Assembly (NCBI GenBank): GCA_039931395.1
Contig: JBDTRZ010000004.1
Coordinates: 587-64,586, forward strand
Length of the DNA stretch: 64,000 bases
Origin: Gemmatimonadales bacterium
GTDB taxonomy: Bacteria > Gemmatimonadota > Gemmatimonadetes > Gemmatimonadales > Gemmatimonadaceae
Direction: 5' to 3'
The position numbers and the translations under genes are program-made. A model generated the notes under the pieces. The model was not told the DNA's origin. It searched no databases and was given only the letters and a program-made list of their open reading frames with translations. This document shows positions 39,893-48,705 of the stretch, piece after piece. How positions within the stretch are numbered: position 1 is the first letter of the stretch; every line of letters begins with the position of its first letter.

Positions 39893-41464
39893 TCAGGTAA
39901 CGCGGAGCTTTCGCCGCGTTACTGGTTTCGGCACGATCTCCGCGATTGTCTTCGAATCCTTGCGGACGCCCGTCTCGAACCACTGCTGAAGCGCCGGCCC
40001 CAGGATCTTCGCGACCCGCTCCGCACCGTAGGGGCGCATGCTCGTCTCGGGACTGCACCAGATGCTCAGCACGTAGGACGCTGTTCCCTCTTCGTGGAAG
40101 AGCCGGACTGGATAGTCGAGCTTCCACGCCCAGTTGACGGAAGGAATGCGCTCGGCCGCCCTTTCGGTGAGGCTCTCTCCCGAAAGCTCCATTGCGAGAA
40201 ATCCAAACTGTCCCGCAGCCTCCGAGAGTGTGTCTGCAACCTCTTCGACATTGTCGGCACTCTGAACCAGCGCGATCAGATCCAGCGCCAGTATCTGATC
40301 GCTGATCAGGCGGCGCGCGCGAGACGGTGCCGACATCAGCACTTCCCCCGCTACGATCAACTCGTGATAGGACAGGAGATTGGTCCCGTAGATGAGCAGC
40401 ACTGCCACACCGACAAGTCCCAGAATGGCGATCGATGCCGCGACAAACGGAGCCGTGAGCGCGATCAGGAGTCCGAAGCCCGCCATTGCAGCGGCGAGCG
40501 TCCATAGTATGAGAGCCGCGCGCTGCTGCGAGACTCCGAGAGCGAGGAGCCGGTGATGAATGTGTCGCGCGTCCGCTCCGGAGAGCGGAACTTTTCTCAG
40601 CCAGCGACGGATGATCGCGAGCGAACCGTCGAGAAGCGGTACCGATACGGCGAGGATTGGCACGATCACCAGCACGGCGCCGTAGCTGTTCACCGACGCG
40701 TGAACCGACATCACCGCGAGCAGAAAACCGATCGGCATGCTGCCGGAGTCACCGAGGAAGATCCGCGCGCTGGGATAGTTGAAGCGGAGGAATGCGAGCA
40801 GCGCGCCGCCCAGCGCGACTGTCGGAAGGAGCACCGCGAAATTCCCGAGGGCGAGCCCTACGATAAGTATCGTCGCGCAGGCGACAACGGCGATTCCGCC
40901 GGCAAGTCCGTTGAGACCGTCAGTGAAGTTGAACGCGTTCGTGACACCGACGATCCACAACATCAGGAGAGGAAACTCGAGGATGCCAACTCGAACCCCT
41001 TCCCCGTAGCCGAGTGCGACGTTGCCCAGTCGCGCCCCGAAGTACCAGGCGATTGCCGCCGCGGCAATCTGCGCAACCGACTTCGCGCCAGGTGACAGCC
41101 CGCGTACATCGTCGACCAGACCTGCGAGAAAAAGCAGAGCTGAGCCGAGAAATATCCCGGTCAGGAACCGAATCTGCTCGTCTCCGATGTGACCCGGTGT
41201 GACGAAGAGCGGCGCCGCCCGGATGAAAACGAGGCAGGCTACAGCCGCAGCGGCGAGATAGACCGCGATGCCGCCCAGACGCGGCACCGGGAGATCGTGC
41301 ATCCTGCGCTCGCCGTCGGGCGAGTCATAAAGCTTGAGCGCGCCGGCGCTTCGGATGACGACCGGCGTAAGCAGGAACGCAGTGCCAAACGCGGCCACGA
41401 AGGCAATCGCCAGCCAGGCAAGTGTCGTCATCCAAGCCGTTACCGGCAAGTATGTAGGAGTCAT
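39893..41464 (-). CDS. wecA: Undecaprenyl-phosphate GlcNAc-1-P transferase (WecA/MraY family) with C-terminal extension
   Basis: PRLGG, GLVDD, NAFNFTDGLNGL, IFLGDSG, HIHHRL. Confidence 0.85.
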   Translation of the reverse strand: MTPTYLPVTAWMTTLAWLAIAFVAAFGTAFLLTPVVIRSAGALKLYDSPDGERRMHDLPVPRLGGIAVYLAAAAVACLVFIRAAPLFVTPGHIGDEQIRFLTGIFLGSALLFLAGLVDDVRGLSPGAKSVAQIAAAAIAWYFGARLGNVALGYGEGVRVGILEFPLLMLWIVGVTNAFNFTDGLNGLAGGIAVVACATILIVGLALGNFAVLLPTVALGGALLAFLRFNYPSARIFLGDSGSMPIGFLLAVMSVHASVNSYGAVLVIVPILAVSVPLLDGSLAIIRRWLRKVPLSGADARHIHHRLLALGVSQQRAALILWTLAAAMAGFGLLIALTAPFVAASIAILGLVGVAVLLIYGTNLLSYHELIVAGEVLMSAPSRARRLISDQILALDLIALVQSADNVEEVADTLSEAAGQFGFLAMELSGESLTERAAERIPSVNWAWKLDYPVRLFHEEGTASYVLSIWCSPETSMRPYGAERVAKILGPALQQWFETGVRKDSKTIAEIVPKPVTRRKLRVT

Positions 41465-41519
41465 GGGGGGAGTAATGTTACCGTGCGCAACAAAGCCGCG
41501 CAAACATCTGGGTACCTGC

Positions 41520-42872
41520 CTAGCCTGTTGCCGTAACCTCCGCCCCCGCCCTTCGCAGTTTTCCGGCCAGCGCTTCCTCCACGCGGGCAGTCAGAACAAG
41601 CTCATCCCCTTCATGTCGCTGCTCCAGGACTTCGGCTTCACGATGTATCTCCGCGAGGAGCTTGCCGTCGTGAAGCGGCAGGCGGATCTCGGTGAGCGGC
41701 CGCCTTTCTCGCGCACGCACGAGCAGGGTACGTCTCAGCGGCTCCAGCCCGCCATCAGTCGTCGCCGATACGAACACTGAGCCAGGGACCAGATTACGTA
41801 TCCTTGTCTCGAATGCGATCAGCTGGTCGTGGGGCAGCTGGTCGATCTTGTTGAAGACGTAAAGCGTCGGAGTCTCGGCCGCGCCGATTTCTGCGAGTAC
41901 CTGGTTCACAACGGCTCGCTGCTCCTCCCACGACGGGTGGCTTGCATCGACGACATGCAGCAGCAGATCCGCGTCGACGACTTCCTCGAGCGTCGCACGG
42001 AACGACGCGATCAGATCGTGGGGAAGCTTACGGATGAACCCCACAGTGTCGGTGAGAAGAACGGTCGTGTTCTCGGCGAGATGTATCTCACGCGTCAGAG
42101 GGTCGAGGGTGGCGAACAGCCGATCCTCGACGAACACCGACTCGGCCCCCGAAAGCTCCCGGAGTATCGATGACTTTCCGGCGTTGGTGTAACCAACCAG
42201 CGACGCCCGGAACTGTCCCTTCCGTGATGTTCGTCTCACCTCGCGCGACTTCTGCACGTCGCTGAGCCGCTGTTTGAGCAGGCGAATTCGCTGATTGATG
42301 AGACGCCTGTCGGTCTCGAGCTGCGTCTCTCCCGGACCTCGCACGCCGATTCCGCCGCGGAATTTCTCCAGGTGGCTCCACATGCGCATGAGACGCGGCA
42401 GCATGTACTCGAGCTGCGCCAGCTCGACCTGCGTCTTCGCTTCCGACGACCGAGCGCGCGTGGCGAAGATGTCGAGGATCAGCTCGGCCCGGTCGATCAC
42501 GCGCTTTCCGGTTGCATCCTCGATGTTCTTGCCCTGCGCGGGCGTCAGCTCGTCGTCGAAGACAATCAGACTTGCGTCGGTCTCCGCGATGCGAACGCCG
42601 AGCTCCTCTATCTTTCCCTTGCCGAGATATGTCGCGGAGTTCGGACGATCGATCTGCTGCGTCAGCTGCCCGACGACGATTCCGCCCGCGGTATCCACGA
42701 GCTCAGCCAGCTCTTCGAGATGCTCTGACATGACCTGGCCGCGCGAAGTCCCCGTCGCACCACCTGCGGTGAGCGCGTTGCCATCGTTGCGGCCGGAAGG
42801 CCGCTTGAGCTGAACCCCGACGAGGAATGCGCGCTCGACCGGGGCTGCAAGCTCGATCAGTTCTCGCGACGT
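41520..42872 (-). CDS. hflX: GTPase HflX
   Basis: GPGETQLETDRR, GYTNAGKS, LFATLD, DTVGF, NKID. The N-terminal ERAFLVGV segment lies upstream of ATG 42731, so the start is uncertain. Confidence 0.93.
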   Translation of the reverse strand, partial: TSRELIELAAPVERAFLVGVQLKRPSGRNDGNALTAGGATGTSRGQVMSEHLEELAELVDTAGGIVVGQLTQQIDRPNSATYLGKGKIEELGVRIAETDASLIVFDDELTPAQGKNIEDATGKRVIDRAELILDIFATRARSSEAKTQVELAQLEYMLPRLMRMWSHLEKFRGGIGVRGPGETQLETDRRLINQRIRLLKQRLSDVQKSREVRRTSRKGQFRASLVGYTNAGKSSILRELSGAESVFVEDRLFATLDPLTREIHLAENTTVLLTDTVGFIRKLPHDLIASFRATLEEVVDADLLLHVVDASHPSWEEQRAVVNQVLAEIGAAETPTLYVFNKIDQLPHDQLIAFETRIRNLVPGSVFVSATTDGGLEPLRRTLLVRARERRPLTEIRLPLHDGKLLAEIHREAEVLEQRHEGDELVLTARVEEALAGKLRRAGAEVTATG

Positions 42873-42876
42873 GGTG

Positions 42877-43356
42877 CTACCTGCTCTGTGATGTTCCGCC
42901 GAAGCTGGAGAAGCGGCCGCGCTGATCGTACGGCCGAGTAAAGCTGCCGATTGGAGTCTGAACTGTAAAGTCGCCCAGCACTCGATAGTTCACGCTGCCG
43001 CTTGTCAGAAGCTGCCGACCGGCAGCACCCAGTCCGGCGTATGTAAAGCTCACAGGGATCGTCACGTACGTCGAGTCATTGTTGTTTACCCTGAATGCAT
43101 CTCTCAGCTCGCCCTGCCCCAGGTCCTTGTCCTCCACCATCAGCCTGTACGTAAGGCGTGTGGCATTGAGATCGAATCCATTCGGATTGTAAACGCTGAG
43201 AACGATATCCACTGCCCCGCCGCTCAGACCAAGGCCGCGAATTTTCGCGTCGTTGAAATGAACGAGCGGTTCCTTGAATCCGCCGAGTCCCAGAGAAGCG
43301 CACCCGGCCACCGCCAGCGCAGCGAATGCAGCCACGGCTATACGTCCACGCATCAT
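42877..43356 (-). CDS. LEA type 2 (WHy domain) lipoprotein
   Basis: Lipobox VAGC and VYNPNGFDL motif. Confidence 0.8.
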   Translation of the reverse strand: MMRGRIAVAAFAALAVAGCASLGLGGFKEPLVHFNDAKIRGLGLSGGAVDIVLSVYNPNGFDLNATRLTYRLMVEDKDLGQGELRDAFRVNNNDSTYVTIPVSFTYAGLGAAGRQLLTSGSVNYRVLGDFTVQTPIGSFTRPYDQRGRFSSFGGTSQSR

Positions 43357-44759
43357 TCCTCCTTTCCTGTTTCGTTCTTCGCAGCGCCGCCCGCGGAGTC
43401 GTTCCCCGCAACGCGGTCCCGCAGCTCGGCCCACCATGCCAGTCGTTTAGCTATGTCTTTCTCGAATCCGAACGGCCCGGGCTCGTAGAACACGGTGCCT
43501 CTCAGCCTGTCCGGCAAATACTCTTGCGGGATGTATGCCTCGGGAACGCCATGCGCGTACTGGTACCCCTCGTGATAGCCCAGTTCCTTCATCAAGCGCG
43601 TCGGTGCGTTGCGGATGTGCATCGGCACCGGCTCGGCCGGAGTTTCGCGCGCCGCGTCCAGCGCCGCCGAAAGTGCTCGATAGGACGAATTAGACTTGGG
43701 GGCCGTGGCCAGGTAGATGATCATTTCAGCCAATGGCAGATATCCTTCGGGCGGACCGAGCATGTGATATGCGTCGCGCGCGGCCACAGCGAGCTGGAGC
43801 GCGTTCGGGTCGGAGAGCCCGATGTCTTCCGCAGCCATCGCGATGGCTCGCCGGAAAATCGTCATCGGATCCTCTCCACCTTCGATCATCCGCGCCATCC
43901 AGTAGAGCGCGCCGTTGGGATCGCTGCCGCGGAGCGACTTGTGGAGAGCGGACAGCATGTTGAAATGCGTCTCGCCGCTCTTGTCGTGATGCGCGAACCG
44001 CTTCTGCATCGCGTCGCGCGCGACGGACGCGGTGATGCGGCCACCATTTCCGACGAGAACGGCTGCCGCCTCGAGAACAGTCAGCGCGCGCCGCGCGTCG
44101 CCGTCTGCTTCCACCACGATGAGCTCGACGGCATCTTCGTCGACGTTTAGCTCCATCGCCGCAAGACCGCGCTCTCCGTCTGCCAGGGCACGCGACACAA
44201 GCTCTCTCAGATCGTCGACTGAGATGGACTCGAGGACGAAGACGCGCATCCTCGAGAGAAGGGCGCTGTTCATCTCGAATGACGGATTCTCCGTGGTCGC
44301 GCCGATGAGCGCGATCGTCCCGCTCTCGACGTGCGGGAGGAATGCGTCCTGTTGCGCCTTGTTGAAACGATGAATCTCGTCAACGAAGAGAATCGTCTGA
44401 CGGCCGAGCTCGAGACGCTCCTCGGCAGCGGCGATGATCTCGCGGATTCGGGCGACACCTTCCGTCACCGCGGAGAACGGGACGAACTCGCGGTCGGTGT
44501 AACGCGCGATAAGTCGCCCGATCGTCGTCTTGCCGGAGCCGGGCGGCCCCCAGAACACCATCGAGCCGATCACTCCCTTTTCAATCGAATCGCGGAGCGG
44601 TCTGCCCGGTCCTATGAGATGCTTCTGCCCCACGACTTCGTCCAACGTGCGCGGCCGGATTCTCGCTGCGAGCGGCTGCGCCGAGACAGGAGGCGTGAAC
44701 AACGATGCCCCGCGGTCTGTCCTTCCTCCGGCCGGAGGCCGGCGGAATTTCTTCGGCAT
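43353..44759 (-). CDS. rarA: Replication-associated recombination protein A (RarA/MgsA)
   Basis: PLAARIRP, WGPPGSGKT, DEIHRFNKAQQD, ATTENPSF, SALHKSLRGSD. Confidence 0.95.
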   Translation of the reverse strand: MPKKFRRPPAGGRTDRGASLFTPPVSAQPLAARIRPRTLDEVVGQKHLIGPGRPLRDSIEKGVIGSMVFWGPPGSGKTTIGRLIARYTDREFVPFSAVTEGVARIREIIAAAEERLELGRQTILFVDEIHRFNKAQQDAFLPHVESGTIALIGATTENPSFEMNSALLSRMRVFVLESISVDDLRELVSRALADGERGLAAMELNVDEDAVELIVVEADGDARRALTVLEAAAVLVGNGGRITASVARDAMQKRFAHHDKSGETHFNMLSALHKSLRGSDPNGALYWMARMIEGGEDPMTIFRRAIAMAAEDIGLSDPNALQLAVAARDAYHMLGPPEGYLPLAEMIIYLATAPKSNSSYRALSAALDAARETPAEPVPMHIRNAPTRLMKELGYHEGYQYAHGVPEAYIPQEYLPDRLRGTVFYEPGPFGFEKDIAKRLAWWAELRDRVAGNDSAGGAAKNETGKEE

Positions 44760-44793
44760 CAGCGCGATCCGGAAAACCCGAAGCGATACCTGG

Positions 44794-45516
44794 TCATAGC
44801 ATTGTGCCTATCAGATTCCGCGCCAGAAAATACAGGCCGCAGCCGGCAAAGAAGCTGCCTTGAAGCTTCCAGTCGCGCTTTGCCTGAAATTCGGGAACCA
44901 GATTCGACGCGCCGACGTAGAGGCTCACTCCTGCTGCGATGGCAAGTCCGTACGTGGCGAGCGAGGCGGAGAGCTGGGTGAACAGCGCTCCGAGAACCGT
45001 TGCCGCACCGAGCAGGGCTCCAGCCAGGAGAGCCCGCTGCCTCGATGCCCCTGATGCGAGGAACAAGCTCGATATCGCGAGGCCCTCGGGAAGTTTGTGC
45101 AGCAGGATCGCGATGAACACGAGAACACCGAGTGATGTCCGCACCTCGAAGCCGCTGGCGATTGCCACGCCATCGACGAACGTATGGAGCAAAAGCCCCG
45201 CGAGCGCCGACATGCTGACGGCGCGCGTGACCTCGTGAACTTCCTCACCGAAATGGAAGTGCGGCACCAGCGTATGCTGCGTGAGATGAACAAGCAGGAA
45301 GCCGAGTAGTATGAGAGGCCCTGCGCTCGCGCCGTGACGGCGAATCGCTTCAGGAGCGAGATCGAGCAACGCGACCGACACCATGAATCCGGCAGACAGC
45401 GCGATCAGCTTCTCGAGCGCTGGTACGCTCCATCTGGAGCGCGATGTTACCGCTGCCGATCCCGCTACGTTCGCGGCGGCCGCGACGAGCGTGTACGCGA
45501 CCGCCGCGCGGTTCAC
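44794..45516 (-). CDS. ZIP family divalent metal transporter
   Basis: HFHFGEE loop, HTFVDG, HKLPEG; GTGA coupling at 45513-45516. Confidence 0.85.
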   Translation of the reverse strand: MNRAAVAYTLVAAAANVAGSAAVTSRSRWSVPALEKLIALSAGFMVSVALLDLAPEAIRRHGASAGPLILLGFLLVHLTQHTLVPHFHFGEEVHEVTRAVSMSALAGLLLHTFVDGVAIASGFEVRTSLGVLVFIAILLHKLPEGLAISSLFLASGASRQRALLAGALLGAATVLGALFTQLSASLATYGLAIAAGVSLYVGASNLVPEFQAKRDWKLQGSFFAGCGLYFLARNLIGTML

Positions 45517-46043
45517 GACTGAGTCAGCGAGAGTCGCTCCGCGGCCGCGGCGATGGCCGCGGAAAGTGTAGGCGCCGGAGCGCGGTCCCACGACTGTGAG
45601 CGCCATGACCGATCGGCGAGAGCTGCCATTTCCTCCAGGCCCTTGCCCTGCAGCAGGTACAGCCAGCGGTCGGAACGCGCGTAGATGTACAGCTCGAGCT
45701 GAGGCGTCAGCGTTAGCTGGTCGTCAGGCGTGTAGAGGGAGAACTCGACTCCACCGTAGGTTGCGAGCGGAACCTTGAGGCGGGCGACGGCATCACGCAC
45801 GTCAGGCAGGGCGATGCTCTCCCCATGCCACGTAGTCTCGGATCGCAGGTCGGAAATGACGACGTCGATCGCCGGCGCGAGCAGCTCACTCAAGGTGTAG
45901 AAAAGGTCGACGACACGCTCCGCGTTGGCGCCGACGTATGCTTCGTAGTACTCCCCTTCCTTGACGAAGGTGAAGCCGTCCACTCCCGACCGGAAGCGGC
46001 GCCAGACTGTCGCATCAGGGTTTCTGCCGCGAAAAAGCATCAT
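45513..46043 (-). CDS. Hypothetical protein
   Basis: Translationally coupled on both sides, protein-like composition, no recognised motif. Confidence 0.7.
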   Translation of the reverse strand: MMLFRGRNPDATVWRRFRSGVDGFTFVKEGEYYEAYVGANAERVVDLFYTLSELLAPAIDVVISDLRSETTWHGESIALPDVRDAVARLKVPLATYGGVEFSLYTPDDQLTLTPQLELYIYARSDRWLYLLQGKGLEEMAALADRSWRSQSWDRAPAPTLSAAIAAAAERLSLTQS

Positions 46044-47368
46044 GATCGGTGCTGAGGTCCACCTTCAGATTCGCGCCCCGCCGCGGGGCGTTGCTGCGCC
46101 ATCGCCAGCAGCCTCTCGCGAGAGTTGGACGTGGGGTCATTTATAACCGATTCGAGCAGCCAGCGTAACGTCTGGCCCACCGCCGGACCGGTGATGCCGA
46201 GTCGCTCCAGATCCCTTCCGGTAAGCGCGAGATCGCCAACCTCGATCGGATCGCGGTAGGCGATTCGGAGCGCCCTGCGGTACACGGAAGCGATCCGTGC
46301 GGGGTCGGGAGCAGCCATGCCAGCCTGTCTCTCAGCGGCCCACCGTGCTCCGGCCAGCCGCAGGACAGAGGCAAGACGCGTGCGACCGGCGGCTGCCGCC
46401 CAACGCCTGATGACAGCATCGCCGGGGGCTTCGGCTGCCGACATCGCGTCATGCATCGCTTCGCGCAGTGCACTCCAGTGGGTGACGATCGAGGCGATCC
46501 AGGCCGCATCCGAGTTCGAGAATCGGAGCGCCTTGAGCACACCCAGGATGTTCCCGGGAGGAGCCGCAGCGAAGAGTGCGATGAGCCGCATGACTCTTCG
46601 CTGCGGACGTCCCTTGAGCCCTGGCCTGGACAGCTGGTCGATAGTCGCGAGATCCAGCCCGGTGACTTCAGCCAGGTCGGGAATCAGGGTCGAGAAGGCA
46701 CCACTCATCTGCCACATGCTGAACGCCCGGCTCGGCATCGGCACCTGCTCCATTGTTTTTTCGATTTCCTGCTTCACGCGCTCGGCTGACAACCTTTCGA
46801 GGTGAGGCGCGCTGTCGATGATTGCCTGCCACGTTCGGGGATCGATCTCGAATTCAAAACGAGCCGCGAACCTCATCGCGCGCAACGCCCGCAGCCGATC
46901 TTCACGCATGCGCTCGGATGGCTCTCCAACCGCACGCACTATTCTCCGCTCGAGGTCCAGCTCACCCTCGTACGGGTCCGCGATCTCGCGCTTGCTCGGC
47001 GAGTAGGCGATGGCGTTGATCGTGTAGTCGCGGCGCGCAAGATCTTCCTCCAGCGTTGCGCCGAACTCGACTTCAGCGTGGCGGCCGTCAGTGCGAACGT
47101 CGCGCCGAAATGTCGTCACCTCGTGCATCACTCCCGCATCGTCCAGAACTCCGACCGTTCCAAACGCGATTCCGACTGGTACTGTTCGCCTGAAAAGCCT
47201 GCGGATCTGCGCCGGTCGTGCGGCGGTCGCCAGATCCCAGTCGAGATGCGGATGACCAAGAAGAGCGTCGCGCACCGCTCCGCCTACGCACCACGTCTCA
47301 TACCCCGCTTTCTCGAGCGTGCTCGCAATACGCAGAACCGTATCTGGAGGCGAAAGTCTGCCTGGCAT
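46040..47368 (-). CDS. cca: CCA tRNA nucleotidyltransferase / poly(A) polymerase family
   Basis: VGGAVRD, DWDLAT, EVTTFR, DLARRDYTINA, EDRLRALR. Confidence 0.88.
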   Translation of the reverse strand: MPGRLSPPDTVLRIASTLEKAGYETWCVGGAVRDALLGHPHLDWDLATAARPAQIRRLFRRTVPVGIAFGTVGVLDDAGVMHEVTTFRRDVRTDGRHAEVEFGATLEEDLARRDYTINAIAYSPSKREIADPYEGELDLERRIVRAVGEPSERMREDRLRALRAMRFAARFEFEIDPRTWQAIIDSAPHLERLSAERVKQEIEKTMEQVPMPSRAFSMWQMSGAFSTLIPDLAEVTGLDLATIDQLSRPGLKGRPQRRVMRLIALFAAAPPGNILGVLKALRFSNSDAAWIASIVTHWSALREAMHDAMSAAEAPGDAVIRRWAAAAGRTRLASVLRLAGARWAAERQAGMAAPDPARIASVYRRALRIAYRDPIEVGDLALTGRDLERLGITGPAVGQTLRWLLESVINDPTSNSRERLLAMAQQRPAAGRESEGGPQHRS

Positions 47369-48340
47369 TCAGCCGTCCTTGAACATCGCGCGGATGTGCG
47401 GCATCGGCATTCCCGCCCCGAGCCCGAGCATGAGATCGATGCGCGCCTGCTGTGCCCGTCGCGAACCCCCGAAGATCACACCCATTTCCTCGAGACGCCG
47501 TCCACCCCCCACGTACCCGTAAGTATGGCCGACGCGCCCACCCTGCGTCCGCGATGTGAGCACCACCGGCTTCTCGTCGGCGATCCACCGTTCTATCGCC
47601 GGCACCAGTACGGGAGGAACATTGCCCCGCCCCATTGCTGCGATCACAACGCCACGCGCCGATTCACGCGATGCGTCGAGCAGCCGCGTGTCGGATCCGG
47701 CTGCGACGAAGATGATGTCCACCGGTGTCGCCAGAGACGGCGGATCGATGGTCGGCGGCATGGGAGGCATCTCGCGGTGTACGATGAGCTCCCCTTCGTC
47801 GAGCACACCGAGTGGACCGAAGCCGGGGCTCTCGAATGCGTCGAGAAGATGAGTGTTCGTCTTGGTCGCGTCGAACGCCGCGAAGATCTGTCCGCTGATG
47901 ACCACCATCGCACCGAACCCGCGCGTCTCCGGACTGGCGGCGACACGCACCGACTCCAGCAGATTCGCGGGGCCGTCCCATCCCAGATCGCTGACCGTGC
48001 GCATGGCACCCGTAAACACAATCGGCTTCTCGGCGGGAAGAGACCGCGCGACCAGATACGCGGATTCCTCCAGCGTGTCAGTGCCATGAGTGACAACGAC
48101 GCCAGTCACTTCCGGGCGAGAGAGATGCTCGCGAATCCGGTTGCGAAGGGCCCACATTCTCTCCACGGTCATGTGGGGACCCGGAAACGTCCCCCACTCT
48201 TCGGTCTCGACACCTGTCACGGCGTTGATTCCGCGGGTAGCCTGGAGAATCTCCTTTGCCGTCAACGACGGAACAGCGCCTGCGCCGTCCGGGTCGTTGC
48301 GCATCGCGATCGTGCCGCCAGTGAAAAGGATGACGATCAT
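47369..48340 (-). CDS. ansA: L-asparaginase
   Basis: TGGTIA, HGTDTLEE, DGPANL motifs; no signal peptide. Confidence 0.88.
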   Translation of the reverse strand: MIVILFTGGTIAMRNDPDGAGAVPSLTAKEILQATRGINAVTGVETEEWGTFPGPHMTVERMWALRNRIREHLSRPEVTGVVVTHGTDTLEESAYLVARSLPAEKPIVFTGAMRTVSDLGWDGPANLLESVRVAASPETRGFGAMVVISGQIFAAFDATKTNTHLLDAFESPGFGPLGVLDEGELIVHREMPPMPPTIDPPSLATPVDIIFVAAGSDTRLLDASRESARGVVIAAMGRGNVPPVLVPAIERWIADEKPVVLTSRTQGGRVGHTYGYVGGGRRLEEMGVIFGGSRRAQQARIDLMLGLGAGMPMPHIRAMFKDG

Positions 48341-48370
48341 CCGGCTGATTCACTCACAATCACTGGGACT

Positions 48371-48700
48371 TCACGATTGCCCATCACTACTGGATATCCT
48401 GCCGATTCGCACGAGGGCATCGGCGGACACGTCATCGACCGACGCACAATTCTCGGCGGCAGCTTCGATCGCGTAGGTGATGAGTGCGTCCGCCGCCAGC
48501 AGGTCCGGCGCCGCATCACGATCGGTGCCCAGCTCCGCGAGGAGCTTCTCGGCGTTCGCAAGAAGCGCTGAGGATAGCTCGCGATATCCATCACACTTCT
48601 GCTCACCCGCAATCCTGTCGAGACGCAGCGCCAGATCCGGAGGCGGTGAAGGAATCCGAGCCGCAAGCCAGTCAGCCAATCGAATCGACTGATCCGCCAC
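48371..48700 (-). CDS. Hypothetical protein
   Basis: Helical ORF filling the alaS-asparaginase gap (DLLAADALITYA). Confidence 0.65.
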   Translation of the reverse strand: MADQSIRLADWLAARIPSPPPDLALRLDRIAGEQKCDGYRELSSALLANAEKLLAELGTDRDAAPDLLAADALITYAIEAAAENCASVDDVSADALVRIGRISSSDGQS

Positions 48701-48705
48701 TATCG

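Noticed and set aside
46802-48571. 589-aa plus-strand ORF
   Set aside because: Antisense shadow of the cca and asparaginase genes; Arg/His-rich with no motifs, typical of high-GC DNA.
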